NCBI GenBank assembly: GCA_965229825.1 | Contig: CBDDJQ010000013.1 | Coordinates: 1,293,883 to 1,357,882 of the forward strand | DNA from: Vicinamibacterales bacterium | Lineage (GTDB): Bacteria; Acidobacteriota; Vicinamibacteria; Vicinamibacterales; UBA8438 | Direction: 5' to 3' | DNA length: 64,000 nt | Part shown: positions 36,730-46,547 of the stretch, piece by piece | Position numbering within the stretch: position 1 is the stretch's first letter | Layout: every line of letters starts with the position of its first letter | The notes under the pieces: model-generated | What the model was told of the DNA's origin: nothing | The model's database searches: none | The model's input: only the letters and a program-made list of their open reading frames with translations | Translations under genes and position numbers: made by a program

Positions 36730-37876
36730 GGAATCTCGCTCGTGGCCGGCCCGCTTCACCGTCCGGCTTCCGCGCTGGGTAACCAGGGGGCGTGCCGGCT
36801 GCGCCGGGCGGCGGGTGCGCGGTCCGTTCAACACCGCTCCGATCGCCGTGTAGCGAACGCCCACCTGGTAGACGAGCAGCAGAACCGCGACGACGGTGGT
36901 GCTGATCAGCACGAACTTGAGGTGGATGCTGACCGGCCAGCTCACCATCAGCTTCTGTGCGGCAATCACCAGCGGCAGGTGGCACAGGTACAGCCAGTAC
37001 GACGCATCCGAGAGGTACCGCACCCAGAAGCGTTCCTTCGAGGCGATCCACCGGAACAGTCCCATCGATCCGAAGCACATCAGCCACGCGAAGGCGATCT
37101 GCACGACCGCGGCCACGCCCCGGACCCACTGCGCTCCCGCATACTGGAAACCCGCGTCATACAGGAGTACGACCCCGGCCGGGAGCAGCAGCATGAGCGC
37201 GGGACCGAGGGCGGCGGTCCACCACCGCCGCACGACGATGTTCCGCTGGCGGAAGAACACCCCGAACGTGAATAAAGATGGCGTAGTAGGAAAGTACACG
37301 GCCGGCCGGGATCAGGCTGTTTGCCGTGTCGGGGCCGAACGCCGGTTCGTGCATCGCGTACTGCGGCAGGAACGCGAGCGGCACGAGCAGCCACCACGCC
37401 GGGTGGCGGAACGTGAGACCCGACCGGACGGCGGCGATGAACGCCGCCACGAGGAGCAGCAGGTACCAGAGGAACCAGAGGTGGTCCAGCCCGCCGAGCC
37501 ATGCGAGCGGCCAGTCGAGCAGGCTGAAGTCGGCGCCCGAGTCGACCCAGGCGATCGCCGGGACCACCGTGAACATGCCCGCCAGCAGCGGCAGGCCGAT
37601 GCGTTTCAGGCGATGCCGGGCCAGGCGATGCAGCCCCCGCGACTGCCACAGCAACGCGGTGAAGAAGCCGCTGACCAGGAAGAACAGCGGCATCCGGAAG
37701 CCGTGAATGACGGACAGGATCCAGGCGTAGACGTTGGCTTCCGGCGCCGTCTCGTAGGCCCAGGCCTCGTGCACCGGCCAGGAGTCGACCGGCACGAGAA
37801 AGAGGCCTGCGTGCAGCAGAATCCCGAGCAACATGGCAACGCCGCGCAAAGCGTCCAGATCGTGAAATCTGGTCAT
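36730..37876 (-). pseudogene. acyltransferase-3 (OpgC-like) family membrane protein, frameshifted and lacking its own stop
   Basis: The N-terminal half MTRFHDLDALRGVAMLLGILLHAG...MPLFFLVSGFF runs from 37876 in one frame. The hydrophobic C-terminal half (FTFGVFFRQRNIVVRRWW...YWLYLCHLPLVI...) continues in another frame from about 37285. The break sits at the A/T-rich string near 37272-37285. The second frame runs without a stop into the TonB-receptor ORF. Confidence 0.7.
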
Positions 37877-38099
37877 GGTCAGCCCGCCGGTTCCGAGACC
37901 GCCATCACGGTTCTTCGGCGGCGAAGGGCCGTACGCGGCTGGCGCCCGCAGCGTCATGCCGGCGATTATAGCGCCGTCGATCGCGTGTCTTGGACGGGAG
38001 ATACGCATCCGGCCGACCTTCCGGCCCCGGTATCGGTGTCCCCGGTTTGTGTCGGTCGTGACCCGACGCATCCGGGATCGTGGTAAGCTCCGCGGTCGC

Positions 38100-39110
38100 G
38101 TGAAGGTTCTCGTCACGGGCGCGGCGGGGTTCATCGGGGCGGCGGTGGCGATCCGCCTGCTCGAGCGGGGTGACGCCGTGATCGGCGTCGACAACCTCGA
38201 CCCGTACTACGACGTCGCCCTCAAACGGGCTCGGCTGGCGCGGATGACCCCGTTCGACCGCTTCCGGGACGTTCGCGCCGACATCACGGACCAGGCCGCG
38301 GTCGCGGACCTCTTCGCCCGCGAGCGGCCCGAGGCCGTGGTCCACCTCGCCGCGCAGGCCGGCGTGCGGCACTCGCTGGAGCAACCGCGGGCCTTTGTCG
38401 ACACCAACGTGACCGGCTTTCTCCACGTGCTCGAAGCGTGCCGGCGGCACCCGCCCGGGCATCTCGTCTACGCGTCGTCGAGCTCCGTCTACGGCGCCAA
38501 CCGCGCCCTGCCGTTCAGCGTTCGCCACACCGCGGACCATCCGGTGTCGCTCTACGCCGCCACGAAGAAAGCAAGCGAGCTGATGGCCCACTGCTACAGC
38601 CATCTCTTCGGGCTGCCGACCACCGGCCTCCGCTTCTTCACCGTCTACGGACCCTGGGGCCGTCCGGACACGGCGCTGTTCCGGTTCACCCGGAACATTC
38701 TCGCGGGCCGTCCCATCGAGGTGTACAACCACGGCCGGCACCGGCGCGACTTCATCTACGTCGACGACGTCGTCGAGGGCGTCGTCCGCGTGGTCGATCG
38801 GCCGGCATGCGCAAACCCGGAGTGGCGGGGCGAATCCCCGGACCCGGCGACCAGCGCCGCGCCGTTCCGCGTCTACAACATCGGCAACCGCCGGGCGGAA
38901 CCGCTCGAGCGCTACATCGAAGTGCTCGAAGCGGTGCTCGGGCGGAAGGCGGAGCGCCGCCTGCTGCCGCTCCAACCCGGCGACGTACCGGACACGCAGG
39001 CCGACGTCGACGACCTGACCGCCGACGTCGGCTACCGGCCGGACACGCCGATCGAGGTCGGCGTACGGCGCTTCGTCGACTGGTACCGGGCGTTCTACCG
39101 CGTTGGATGA
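38100..39110 (+). CDS. NAD-dependent epimerase/dehydratase, UDP-glucuronate 4-epimerase-like
   Basis: 336 aa from GTG. VKVLVTGAAGFIGAAVAIRLLERGDAVIGVDNLDPYYD (Rossmann GxxGxxG), YASSSSVYG, YAATKKASELMAHCYSHLFGLPTTGLRFFTVYGPWGRPD (YxxxK). Confidence 0.85.
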   Translation: MKVLVTGAAGFIGAAVAIRLLERGDAVIGVDNLDPYYDVALKRARLARMTPFDRFRDVRADITDQAAVADLFARERPEAVVHLAAQAGVRHSLEQPRAFVDTNVTGFLHVLEACRRHPPGHLVYASSSSVYGANRALPFSVRHTADHPVSLYAATKKASELMAHCYSHLFGLPTTGLRFFTVYGPWGRPDTALFRFTRNILAGRPIEVYNHGRHRRDFIYVDDVVEGVVRVVDRPACANPEWRGESPDPATSAAPFRVYNIGNRRAEPLERYIEVLEAVLGRKAERRLLPLQPGDVPDTQADVDDLTADVGYRPDTPIEVGVRRFVDWYRAFYRVG

Positions 39111-39304
39111 CCCGCGCGCCGACGGGCGCCCGGCGACGCTGTGCGACCGCGTCGGTGCGGCACTAGGGCAGGGGTGCTGTTCGGAGCGGCGGTGAAGGAG
39201 CGGGAGCGGACGATCGCTCGGGCGACGCCGCGGTGGGTTGACGGAACCCGGTCCTTGGTCACCGAACCGGACCAGCATAGAATAGGAGACCTGCGAGGGC
39301 GACG

Positions 39305-41827
39305 ATGAAAATATCGCGGGCCGGGTCGGTGCCGACCATGGTCGCAGCCGTAGCGGTTGCCGTCGGGACGGCGGGCGGCTGGATCCCAGGCCGCTCTTCG
39401 GGCGAACTCCTGGCCGCCTCTGCGGCCCAGCCGCCGCCGGCTTCTCCCCAATCCGTCCGCAGCCTCCTCGATCGATACTGCGTCGCCTGTCACAGCGAGC
39501 GCCGGGTCACCGCGGTGGGCGCGGCCGCGTCCGTGCTCGATGCGCAGATCCGGGAAACCGGGCTCGCGCTGGACGTGGCGGACGCGGCGCGGCCGAGCGC
39601 CGACGCCAAGCTGTGGGAGCGGGTGATCACGCGGCTCAGGGCGGGTTCCATGCCGCCGGCCGGGCGCCCGCGGCCCAGCCAGGACGAGTCGCGCGCGGTC
39701 GCCGGCTGGCTGGAGACGCGGATCGACGAGGCGGCTTCGACGAACCCGAATCCGGGCCGGACCGGTTCGATGCACCGCCTGAACCGCACGGAGTACGGCA
39801 ACGCGATTCGCGATCTCCTCGCGCTCGAGATCGATGTGGCGGCGCTGCTGCCCGGGGACGAGACGTCGGATACCGGGTTCGACAACAACGCGGAGGTGCT
39901 CTCCATCTCGACCGCCCAGCTGGAGCGGTACCTGTCTGCCGCGCGGAAGATCTCGCACTTGGCCACCGGCGTCATGACGGCGCCGGAGTTCGCCCGGTTC
40001 GAGAACTCGGTGCTGCTGACGCAGGCGGATCGTCAGAACGAGGACCTGCCGCTCGGGTCCCGCGGCGGTCTCAGCGCCCCCTACCATTTTCCCGCCGACG
40101 GCAACTACATCTTCAGAATCGGGCTGACGACCAACTGGCAGGACTACGTCCGCGGCATGGGAAGAAGGAACCTTCTCGACCTCCGCATCGACGGACGGCT
40201 CGTCCGGCGGTTCACGGTGGGGGGCGAGGCGCCGGGCACGCCGGCTCCGACGACCTGGTCGCCGGCGGAAGCGGGCGACCCCGAGTGGGAGCGGTACGTC
40301 CGCGAGTCGGCAGCCCACCTCGAAGTCCGCGTGCCGGTCGACGGCGGACCGCACGTCGTCGGGGTCTCGTTCGTCCGGAACCTGTGGGAGCCCGAGGGAC
40401 CCCTGCAGCCGGTGATGAAGGGCGCGGTCCTGTCGAACGACGAGAAGTACCACGGGCACGCGGAGGTCCAGGCGCTGACGATCGAGGGACCCTACGAGGG
40501 CGCGGTTCCCGAGGACACGCCGAGCCGGCGGCGGGTCTTCGTGTGTCGGCCCGCCGCCGCGTCGGAGGAGGACGCGTGCGCCGGGCGGATCCTGTCGCGG
40601 CTGGCCCGTCTCGCCTATCGCAGGGCGCCGGCGGACCGGGACGTCGAGACGCTGCTTGAGTTCTTCCGGGAGGGGCGGGCGAAGGCGGGGGGCAGCTTCG
40701 ACACCGGCATCCAGTTCGCGCTCGAACGCCTGCTCGTCGATCCGGACTTCCTCCTGCGGGTGCACGAGGACCCGCCCGGCGCGGGGCCGGGAGAGGCGTA
40801 CGCGCTCGGCGATCTGGAGCTCGCCTCGCGCCTGTCGTTCTTTCTGTGGAGCAGCATCCCCGACGAGGAGCTGCTCGCGGTTGCCGAGCGCGGAGAGCTG
40901 ACGGACCCCGCGACCCTCCGCGGCCAGGTGCGGCGCCTGCTGGCCGATCCGCGCAGCGAGGCGCTGGTCGGCAACTTCGCCGCGCAGTGGCTGCACCTGC
41001 GGAACCTCGACGAGGTCAAGGCCGAGCCCTCGGTCTATCCGGAGTTCGACCAGGATCTGGTGGAGGCGTTCCGGCAGGAGACGGCGTCGTTCATCGCCAG
41101 CACCATCGACGAGGACCGGAGCGTCCTGGACCTCCTCGGCGCCGACTACACGTACGTGAACGAGCGGCTGGCGCGTCACTACGGCATCCCCGGGGTCTAC
41201 GGGAGCCGGTTCCGGCGCGTGGCGCTGCCCGACCTGGAACAGCGGGGCGGGTTGCTGGGCCACGGATCGCTGCTGTCGCTGACCTCCTACCCGAACCGCA
41301 CCTCGCCCGTCCTGCGCGGGCGGTGGTTGCTGGAGGCGATCTTCGGGGCGCCGCCGCCGGGTCCGCCGCCCGACGTGCCCCCGTTGCCCGAGCGCGGGGA
41401 GAACGAGGCGCCGGCGTCGATGCGCGAGCGTCTGGAGCTGCACCGGCGTAATCCCGCGTGTGCGGGCTGCCACCGGCTCATCGATCCGCCGGGCTTCATG
41501 CTGGAGCACTACGACGCCATCGGGAGGTGGCGGGCCGTCACCGAGGCGGGTCATCCGGTCGACGCCGTCGGCACCCTGCCGAACGGGGTGACGGCGGTGG
41601 GCCTCGCCGGACTGCGGGGCCTGTTGCTCGAAGAGCCCGAGCAGTTCGTGGGCACGCTCACCGAGCGGCTCCTGGCTTACGCCCTCGGGCGCCAACTCCG
41701 GTACTACGACCAGCCGACGGTACGCGCCATCGTCCGCAACGCGGCCGCGGACGAGCATCGCTGGTCTTCGGTCATCTTCGGCGTCGTCGAGAGCCCGGCG
41801 TTCCTGATGCGGCGGGCGGCAGAGTGA
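39305..41827 (+). CDS. DUF1592/DUF1595/DUF1587/DUF1588/DUF1585-type protein with two CXXCH motifs (cassette 3, gene 1)
   Basis: 840 aa. CXXCH at CVACHSERRV and CAGCHRLIDPPGFMLEHYDAIGRWR. LASRLSFFLWSSIPDEELL, FAAQWL, ADYTYVNERLARHYGI, GRWLLEAIFGAPPPGPPP. Confidence 0.85.
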   Translation: MKISRAGSVPTMVAAVAVAVGTAGGWIPGRSSGELLAASAAQPPPASPQSVRSLLDRYCVACHSERRVTAVGAAASVLDAQIRETGLALDVADAARPSADAKLWERVITRLRAGSMPPAGRPRPSQDESRAVAGWLETRIDEAASTNPNPGRTGSMHRLNRTEYGNAIRDLLALEIDVAALLPGDETSDTGFDNNAEVLSISTAQLERYLSAARKISHLATGVMTAPEFARFENSVLLTQADRQNEDLPLGSRGGLSAPYHFPADGNYIFRIGLTTNWQDYVRGMGRRNLLDLRIDGRLVRRFTVGGEAPGTPAPTTWSPAEAGDPEWERYVRESAAHLEVRVPVDGGPHVVGVSFVRNLWEPEGPLQPVMKGAVLSNDEKYHGHAEVQALTIEGPYEGAVPEDTPSRRRVFVCRPAAASEEDACAGRILSRLARLAYRRAPADRDVETLLEFFREGRAKAGGSFDTGIQFALERLLVDPDFLLRVHEDPPGAGPGEAYALGDLELASRLSFFLWSSIPDEELLAVAERGELTDPATLRGQVRRLLADPRSEALVGNFAAQWLHLRNLDEVKAEPSVYPEFDQDLVEAFRQETASFIASTIDEDRSVLDLLGADYTYVNERLARHYGIPGVYGSRFRRVALPDLEQRGGLLGHGSLLSLTSYPNRTSPVLRGRWLLEAIFGAPPPGPPPDVPPLPERGENEAPASMRERLELHRRNPACAGCHRLIDPPGFMLEHYDAIGRWRAVTEAGHPVDAVGTLPNGVTAVGLAGLRGLLLEEPEQFVGTLTERLLAYALGRQLRYYDQPTVRAIVRNAAADEHRWSSVIFGVVESPAFLMRRAAE

Positions 41828-41913
41828 CGGGAGCAGGGGCTGGAAGGCAACGTCTCCTCTCGGAGAACGGACTCAATTTGGTCGGCCGAGCACGACCCGA
41901 CAAGAGGACTGAC

Positions 41914-43275
41914 ATGAAAGGCATCAACTTCATCACCGCGAAGCCCTTGTCCCGCCGGACCGTCCTGCGTGGCGTGGGCGCGACCGTGGCGCTGCCGTTT
42001 CTGGACGCCATGGCGCCCGGCTTGTCGGCGCTGGCGCGGCCCGCGGCCAGGCCGGTTCGCCGCTTCCAGGCCATCTTCGTGCCGAACGGGATGGCGATGG
42101 AGTACTGGTCGCCGGCGACGGTGGGACGCGACTTCGAGCTCACCCCGATTCTGCAGCCCCTGGCGCCGTTCCGGGACCAGATGCTCGTCTTCTCGGGGCT
42201 CCGCTCGTCGTGGATCTACGTCCACGCGGGCGCTTCCGGCTCGTTCCTGACCGGCACGCGACGCGGGGGCACGTCCGAGACGGACGTGGTGGCCGACACG
42301 TCGATCGACCAGATTCTCGCGAGCGAGCTCGGCGGCTCGACCCCGCTCGCCTCGCTCGAGCTGTCGATAGACAAGGAGGCCAACGCGGGGCAGTGCACCT
42401 CGGGCCTCAGCTGCGCGTACACCCAGACGATCTCGTGGCGCACGCCCACGATGCCGCTGCCGATGGAGAACAACCCGCGCGCGGTGTTCGAGCGGCTGTT
42501 CGGCGACAGCGGCTCGACCGACCCTGCCGTGCGACGGGCGCGCATGGAGGAGAAGCGGAGCATCCTCGACTCGGTGAGGGGCAAGCTGGCGGACATCGAG
42601 CGTCGCGTCGGGGCGGATGATCGGCGTAAGGTCGAGGACTATGCCGCGGCGATCCGCGACGTCGAGAGACGGATCGAGGTGGCGGAGTCCAAGAACGACG
42701 TGCATCCGGAGGTCTTCGCGAAAGAGCCGCGGGGCGTGCCGTCCACGTTCGAGGAGCACGTCGAGCTGATGTTCGACCTCCAGTTCCTGGCCCTCCAGAG
42801 CGACATCACCCGCGTGGCCACGTTCATGCTCGGCCGCGAGCAGAGCACCAGGACGTACCCCGAGGTGGGCATCGCCGAACCGCACCATCCGCTGTCGCAC
42901 CACGGCAACGATCCGGCCCTCATCGCCAAGATGTCCAAGGTGAACCGGTATCACGCGGAGCTGACGTCGCGGTACCTGGCGCGGCTGCGGGCGACGCCGG
43001 ACCAGGACGGGTCGCTCCTGGACAACATGACCATCATGTACGGCACGTGCATGTCCAACAGCACGCGCCATGCGGGCACCAACGTCCCGATCCTGGTGCT
43101 CGGCGGCGGTGCGGGGCGGCTCAAGGGCGGGCGGCATCTCGCGTACGGCCCGGGGACCTCGCACGCCAATCTCCTGCACACCCTGATGGACAAGTTCGAC
43201 GTTCCCCTGGAGCGTGTCGGCGGCAGCGCCGGGCCCTTGCCGATCGACGAGATCGATACGCTGTCGGAGGTGTAG
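41914..43275 (+). CDS. DUF1552 (HXXSHH) domain protein with Tat signal (cassette 3, gene 2)
   Basis: 453 aa from ATG preceded by AAGAGGA. MKGINFITAKPLSRRTVLRGVGATVALPFLDAM and the HHPLSHH motif. Closest by eye to cassette 1 gene 2. Confidence 0.9.
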   Translation: MKGINFITAKPLSRRTVLRGVGATVALPFLDAMAPGLSALARPAARPVRRFQAIFVPNGMAMEYWSPATVGRDFELTPILQPLAPFRDQMLVFSGLRSSWIYVHAGASGSFLTGTRRGGTSETDVVADTSIDQILASELGGSTPLASLELSIDKEANAGQCTSGLSCAYTQTISWRTPTMPLPMENNPRAVFERLFGDSGSTDPAVRRARMEEKRSILDSVRGKLADIERRVGADDRRKVEDYAAAIRDVERRIEVAESKNDVHPEVFAKEPRGVPSTFEEHVELMFDLQFLALQSDITRVATFMLGREQSTRTYPEVGIAEPHHPLSHHGNDPALIAKMSKVNRYHAELTSRYLARLRATPDQDGSLLDNMTIMYGTCMSNSTRHAGTNVPILVLGGGAGRLKGGRHLAYGPGTSHANLLHTLMDKFDVPLERVGGSAGPLPIDEIDTLSEV

Positions 43276-43432
43276 AAGCGGTTGCGTCAGGGCGCCGGGC
43301 GTCTGCAGGACACCGCTGACGCGGACGAAGCTGGACCGGAGGATGCCGATGTTGGGAGCCCGTGGCAAGAGCCCCGCTGCAGTCGAGCGGCGATGCATTC
43401 CGTCTACCCACGCGGCGTTTCGCCGCGGGCCC

Positions 43433-43495
43433 CTGGGAGCCTGCGCCGTAGAACGGCGCGGACTCCTGCAGGATTGGTTGGGTGGACAGCGGCGC
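43433..43495 (+). repeat. REP-like element (imperfect hairpin plus GGTTGGTTG tail), related to 58863-58925
   Basis: GGAGCCTGCGCCGTAGAACGGCGCGGACTCCTGCAGGATTGGTTGGGTGGACAGCGG aligns by eye at roughly 80 percent with GGAGTCCGCGCCGTGGAACGGCGCGGACTCCTGGCGGGTTGGTTGAGCGACAAGCGG. Confidence 0.5.
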
Positions 43496-43507
43496 CTTGC
43501 GGCGGCG

Positions 43508-45040
43508 ATGTCCGGGCCAGGCCGGGGTAGAAGCGCAGGAAGGACATGGGGCGCGCGCGTCTGCCTGTCCGGGTTGCTGCTGGCCCTGGCGGGAGCCCCC
43601 GCCGCGGCCGCGGCCCTGCCCGAGGCGGCGCTCGCCGACGCCGCGAGGCACGCCGACTGGGCCGCGGTCCGGACGCTGCTCGAAGAGGGCGCCGACGTCG
43701 ACGCCCGCGAGGGGGACGACTCGACCGCTCTTCATTGGGCGAGCTACTGGGACAACCGCGAGGTCGCGGCCCTGCTGATTCGCGCGGGAGCCGAGATCGA
43801 TGCCGCGAACGACCTCGGGGTCACTCCCCTCTGGGCCGCGTGCGAGAACGGCAGCTCGGCCATGGTGGAGACCCTGCTCGGGGCCGGAGCCGACGCGAAC
43901 ATGCCGTTGCCGTTCGGGGAGACGCCTCTGATGACGGCGGCCCGTACCGGCAGTGCCGACGTGGTCGGCCGGCTGCTGGCCGCGGGCGCGGACGTCGACG
44001 CGGCCACCGGGGAAGGGGCCTACGGCGCGCAGACGGCCCTCATGTGGGCGGTCGCGCAGAAACATCCCTCGGTCGTCGAGGTGCTCCTGGCGCATGGCGC
44101 CGACGTGCACGCGCGCTCGAGCACGTTCACGGAGACCGTCAAGACCATCTCGACGTACGCGAACTACGGTCTGCAGTGCGTGCCCAGGGACGAGTGCTAC
44201 ATCACCGAGGTCCGGAGCGGGGGGTTCACCCCGTTGTTGTTCGCGGCCCGGGTGGGCGACCTCGCCTCGGCGCGGCTGCTCGTGGCGGCGGGCGCCGACG
44301 TGAACGAGGTCACGCCGGACGGGGCCAGCGCCCTGGCCGTCGCGGCCCTCAGTGGAAGCGGGGCCGTCGGCGCGTTGCTGCTGGACAGCGGTGCGGACCC
44401 GAACGCGGCCGGGGGCGGCTATGCGCCGCTGCATGCGGCGATCCTGCACCGGGACCCCCTGCTGGCCGAGGCGCTGCTGTCGGCGGGGGCGGATCCGAAC
44501 GCCCGGGTGTCGGCCTCGACGCGATACACGCGCGACAGCGCGGACTTCTTCTTCCCGCCCTGGTTTGTCAGGGCGCCGGCGTTCTGGCTGGCCGCGCGCC
44601 ACCGGGAAGCCGGCCTCATGCGCCTCCTCGCCCGCTACGGCGCCGATCCCCTGGCCACGCACAGCCCGGAGTACTGGACCACCGACCGGCGCACGTCCGC
44701 GGGCCGGATGTGGGCCGAGGAAGGCGAGACGACCGCCCTGATGGCGGCGGTCGGACTGGGAGGACGTGACCCGCTCTGGTCGGTGGACCACCGCGCGAGG
44801 GTCGCGGAAGCGACGGAGCTCGGGCGGGGCCCCGACCCCACCGAGGTCCAGGCCGTGACGCTGGAAGCGGTCAGGGTGGCGGTCGAGTTGGGCGTCGACG
44901 TCAACGCCGCGAATGCGCGCGGGCGGACGGCGGTCGACGCGGCCGAGGGCGACGTGTTCGATGACGTGGTCGCGTTCCTGATCGAGCACGGGGCGGCGTC
45001 CCCGTTCGACACGAGAGACGACGCGCGAGGAGCACGTTGA
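43508..45040 (+). CDS. ankyrin repeat protein with signal peptide (cassette 3, gene 3)
   Basis: 510 aa from MSGPGRGRSAGRTWGARVCLSGLLLALAGAPAAAAA. ANK repeats (TALHWASYWDNREVAALLIRAGAEIDA, TPLWAACENGSSAMVETLLGAGADAN, TPLMTAARTGSADVVGRLLAAGADVD and others). Start uncertain; the track ORF begins at 43214. Confidence 0.75.
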   Translation: MSGPGRGRSAGRTWGARVCLSGLLLALAGAPAAAAALPEAALADAARHADWAAVRTLLEEGADVDAREGDDSTALHWASYWDNREVAALLIRAGAEIDAANDLGVTPLWAACENGSSAMVETLLGAGADANMPLPFGETPLMTAARTGSADVVGRLLAAGADVDAATGEGAYGAQTALMWAVAQKHPSVVEVLLAHGADVHARSSTFTETVKTISTYANYGLQCVPRDECYITEVRSGGFTPLLFAARVGDLASARLLVAAGADVNEVTPDGASALAVAALSGSGAVGALLLDSGADPNAAGGGYAPLHAAILHRDPLLAEALLSAGADPNARVSASTRYTRDSADFFFPPWFVRAPAFWLAARHREAGLMRLLARYGADPLATHSPEYWTTDRRTSAGRMWAEEGETTALMAAVGLGGRDPLWSVDHRARVAEATELGRGPDPTEVQAVTLEAVRVAVELGVDVNAANARGRTAVDAAEGDVFDDVVAFLIEHGAASPFDTRDDARGAR

Positions 45041-45341
45041 GCGCGAGGCGCCAGGTGCCACCGCTCCCTGCTGATCACCCCTGACCTGCCTATCGGGCAC
45101 TGGGACATCCGTATTTCCGAACGCCTCGGGCGCCGTAGCCCTGATCGCCCGCCTGACGCACGAGTCCAGTCGAGCCCGCCGGCGTTATCTCCGCTCGCCG
45201 ACGAGGGCCGCCGGCCGTCTCTCATGAATCCGGAATAGCTATCATAGACTCGGTGCGCTACCCATCAGCGAATCGGATGCAGTAAGGTCGCAAGGCCGGG
45301 ACCGTGACCATTCCGGTGCGGGACCATACCAGGAGGGAATC

Positions 45342-46301
45342 ATGACAGCGAGCGGCAGGTCGCGCGGGCTGGCGGCGGGTCTGGTGGCGGCGGTGCTGGC
45401 CGGCGCGGGACTCGGCGCCCAGGAGCCGCCCCCGGAGGTGACGAAGGCGCAGTTCGACACCTGGATGACCGAGCTCTCGAACTGGGGCCGCTGGGGCGAC
45501 GACGACCAACTCGGCGCCCTCAACCTCATCACGCCGGCCAAGCGGGTCGAGGCGGCGAAGCTCGTGCAGACGGGGCAGGTCGTGTCGATGGCCCGGCCCA
45601 TCGAGCTCCAGGTCCTCGACGACCCGGATGCGGCCAGCGCGAACCGGAAGCCGGTGCTCGTGGGCGCCGTCCGCAACGTGTTCGACATCGACACCGGGAA
45701 CGGCTACTTCTGGGAGCGCTACGAGGTCGAGTACCACGGGCTCCTGGTGTCACACCTCGATGCGCTGTGCCACGTGGCCTACGAAGGCAAGGTCTACAAC
45801 GGCCGCACCTTCGAGGAGATCGCCACCGCCGAGGACGGCTGCACGGCCATGGGCGTCATCAATGCGAAGGACGGGCTGGTGACGCGCGGTGTCCTCATCG
45901 ACATGCCGGGGAAGGCGGTCACGCGCGCGGACATCGAGGCGTGGGAAGCCGAGACCGGCATCACGATTTCGTCCGGCGACGCTCTGTTCCTGCGCACGGG
46001 CCGCGACGTCGGCCGGCAGGGCGGCTACCACCCGTCCCTCATCCCGTTCCTCAAGGAGCGCGACATCGCGTTGCTCGGCTCCGACGTGCCCCAGGAAGGC
46101 GGCACGGTGGAGGGCGTGGCCATCCCGATCCACGTCTTCACTCTCGTCGCGCTTGGCGTTCACCTGTTCGACAACCTCGGCCTCGAGGACCTGGCCCGGA
46201 CCGCGAGCGAGGTCGGCCGCTGGGAGTTCCTCTTTACGGCGTCGCCCCACGTGGTGCCGAACGGCGCCGGGTCGGCCATGAACCCGATCGCCGTGTTCTA
46301 G
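45342..46301 (+). CDS. cyclase-family protein (kynurenine formamidase-like fold), secreted
   Basis: 319 aa with RBS GGAGGGA. Signal MTASGRSRGLAAGLVAAVLAGAGLGAQ. SNWGRWGDDDQLGALNLIT and YHGLLVSHLDALCHV (His/Asp metal-site pattern of the putative cyclase family). Confidence 0.85.
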   Translation: MTASGRSRGLAAGLVAAVLAGAGLGAQEPPPEVTKAQFDTWMTELSNWGRWGDDDQLGALNLITPAKRVEAAKLVQTGQVVSMARPIELQVLDDPDAASANRKPVLVGAVRNVFDIDTGNGYFWERYEVEYHGLLVSHLDALCHVAYEGKVYNGRTFEEIATAEDGCTAMGVINAKDGLVTRGVLIDMPGKAVTRADIEAWEAETGITISSGDALFLRTGRDVGRQGGYHPSLIPFLKERDIALLGSDVPQEGGTVEGVAIPIHVFTLVALGVHLFDNLGLEDLARTASEVGRWEFLFTASPHVVPNGAGSAMNPIAVF

Positions 46302-46308
46302 CTCTAGT

Positions 46309-46332
46309 AGCCCGTGGCTTTCACCACGGGCT
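46309..46332 (+). terminator. perfect 9-bp stem hairpin directly after the cyclase gene (REP-family motif, possible terminator)
   Basis: AGCCCGTGG-CTTTCA-CCACGGGCT begins 8 nt after the stop at 46299-46301. No U-tract follows. The same CCCGTGG motif recurs in the 72-bp elements. Confidence 0.4.
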
Positions 46333-46505
46333 GCTGGCACGGCATCCACGAGATCTTTGGCGTGTTCTGGCAGGTCGAGCCGACGATCGCCTGGGAGCTG
46401 GTCAACGACCCCGATCCCGCTAAGTCCCAACGGGTGGTCGACACCGTCCTCGGAATGACGAAGCTCGACGCCGCCACCCTGAAACGGGCCTACGCGGGGG
46501 AGTAG
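46314..46505 (+). pseudogene. 3-prime fragment of a VOC/PhnB-like (3-demethylubiquinone-9 3-methyltransferase-domain) gene
   Basis: Only the C-terminal tail is recognisable (EIFGVFWQVEPTIAWELVNDPDPAKSQRVVDTVLGMTKLDAATLKRAYAGE). The first residues of the ORF are encoded by the hairpin element. No N-terminal domain is present. Confidence 0.55.
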
Positions 46506-46547
46506 GGCTGCCTCCGGGGTCGTGAGACCGCCGCCGAGGCGCGCTCC

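Noticed and set aside
45141-45165. Possible additional copy of the 72-bp element (shared CGCCCGCCTGAC 12-mer)
   Set aside because: Only 12 consecutive bases match and the flanks diverge. In DNA this GC-rich that could be chance.
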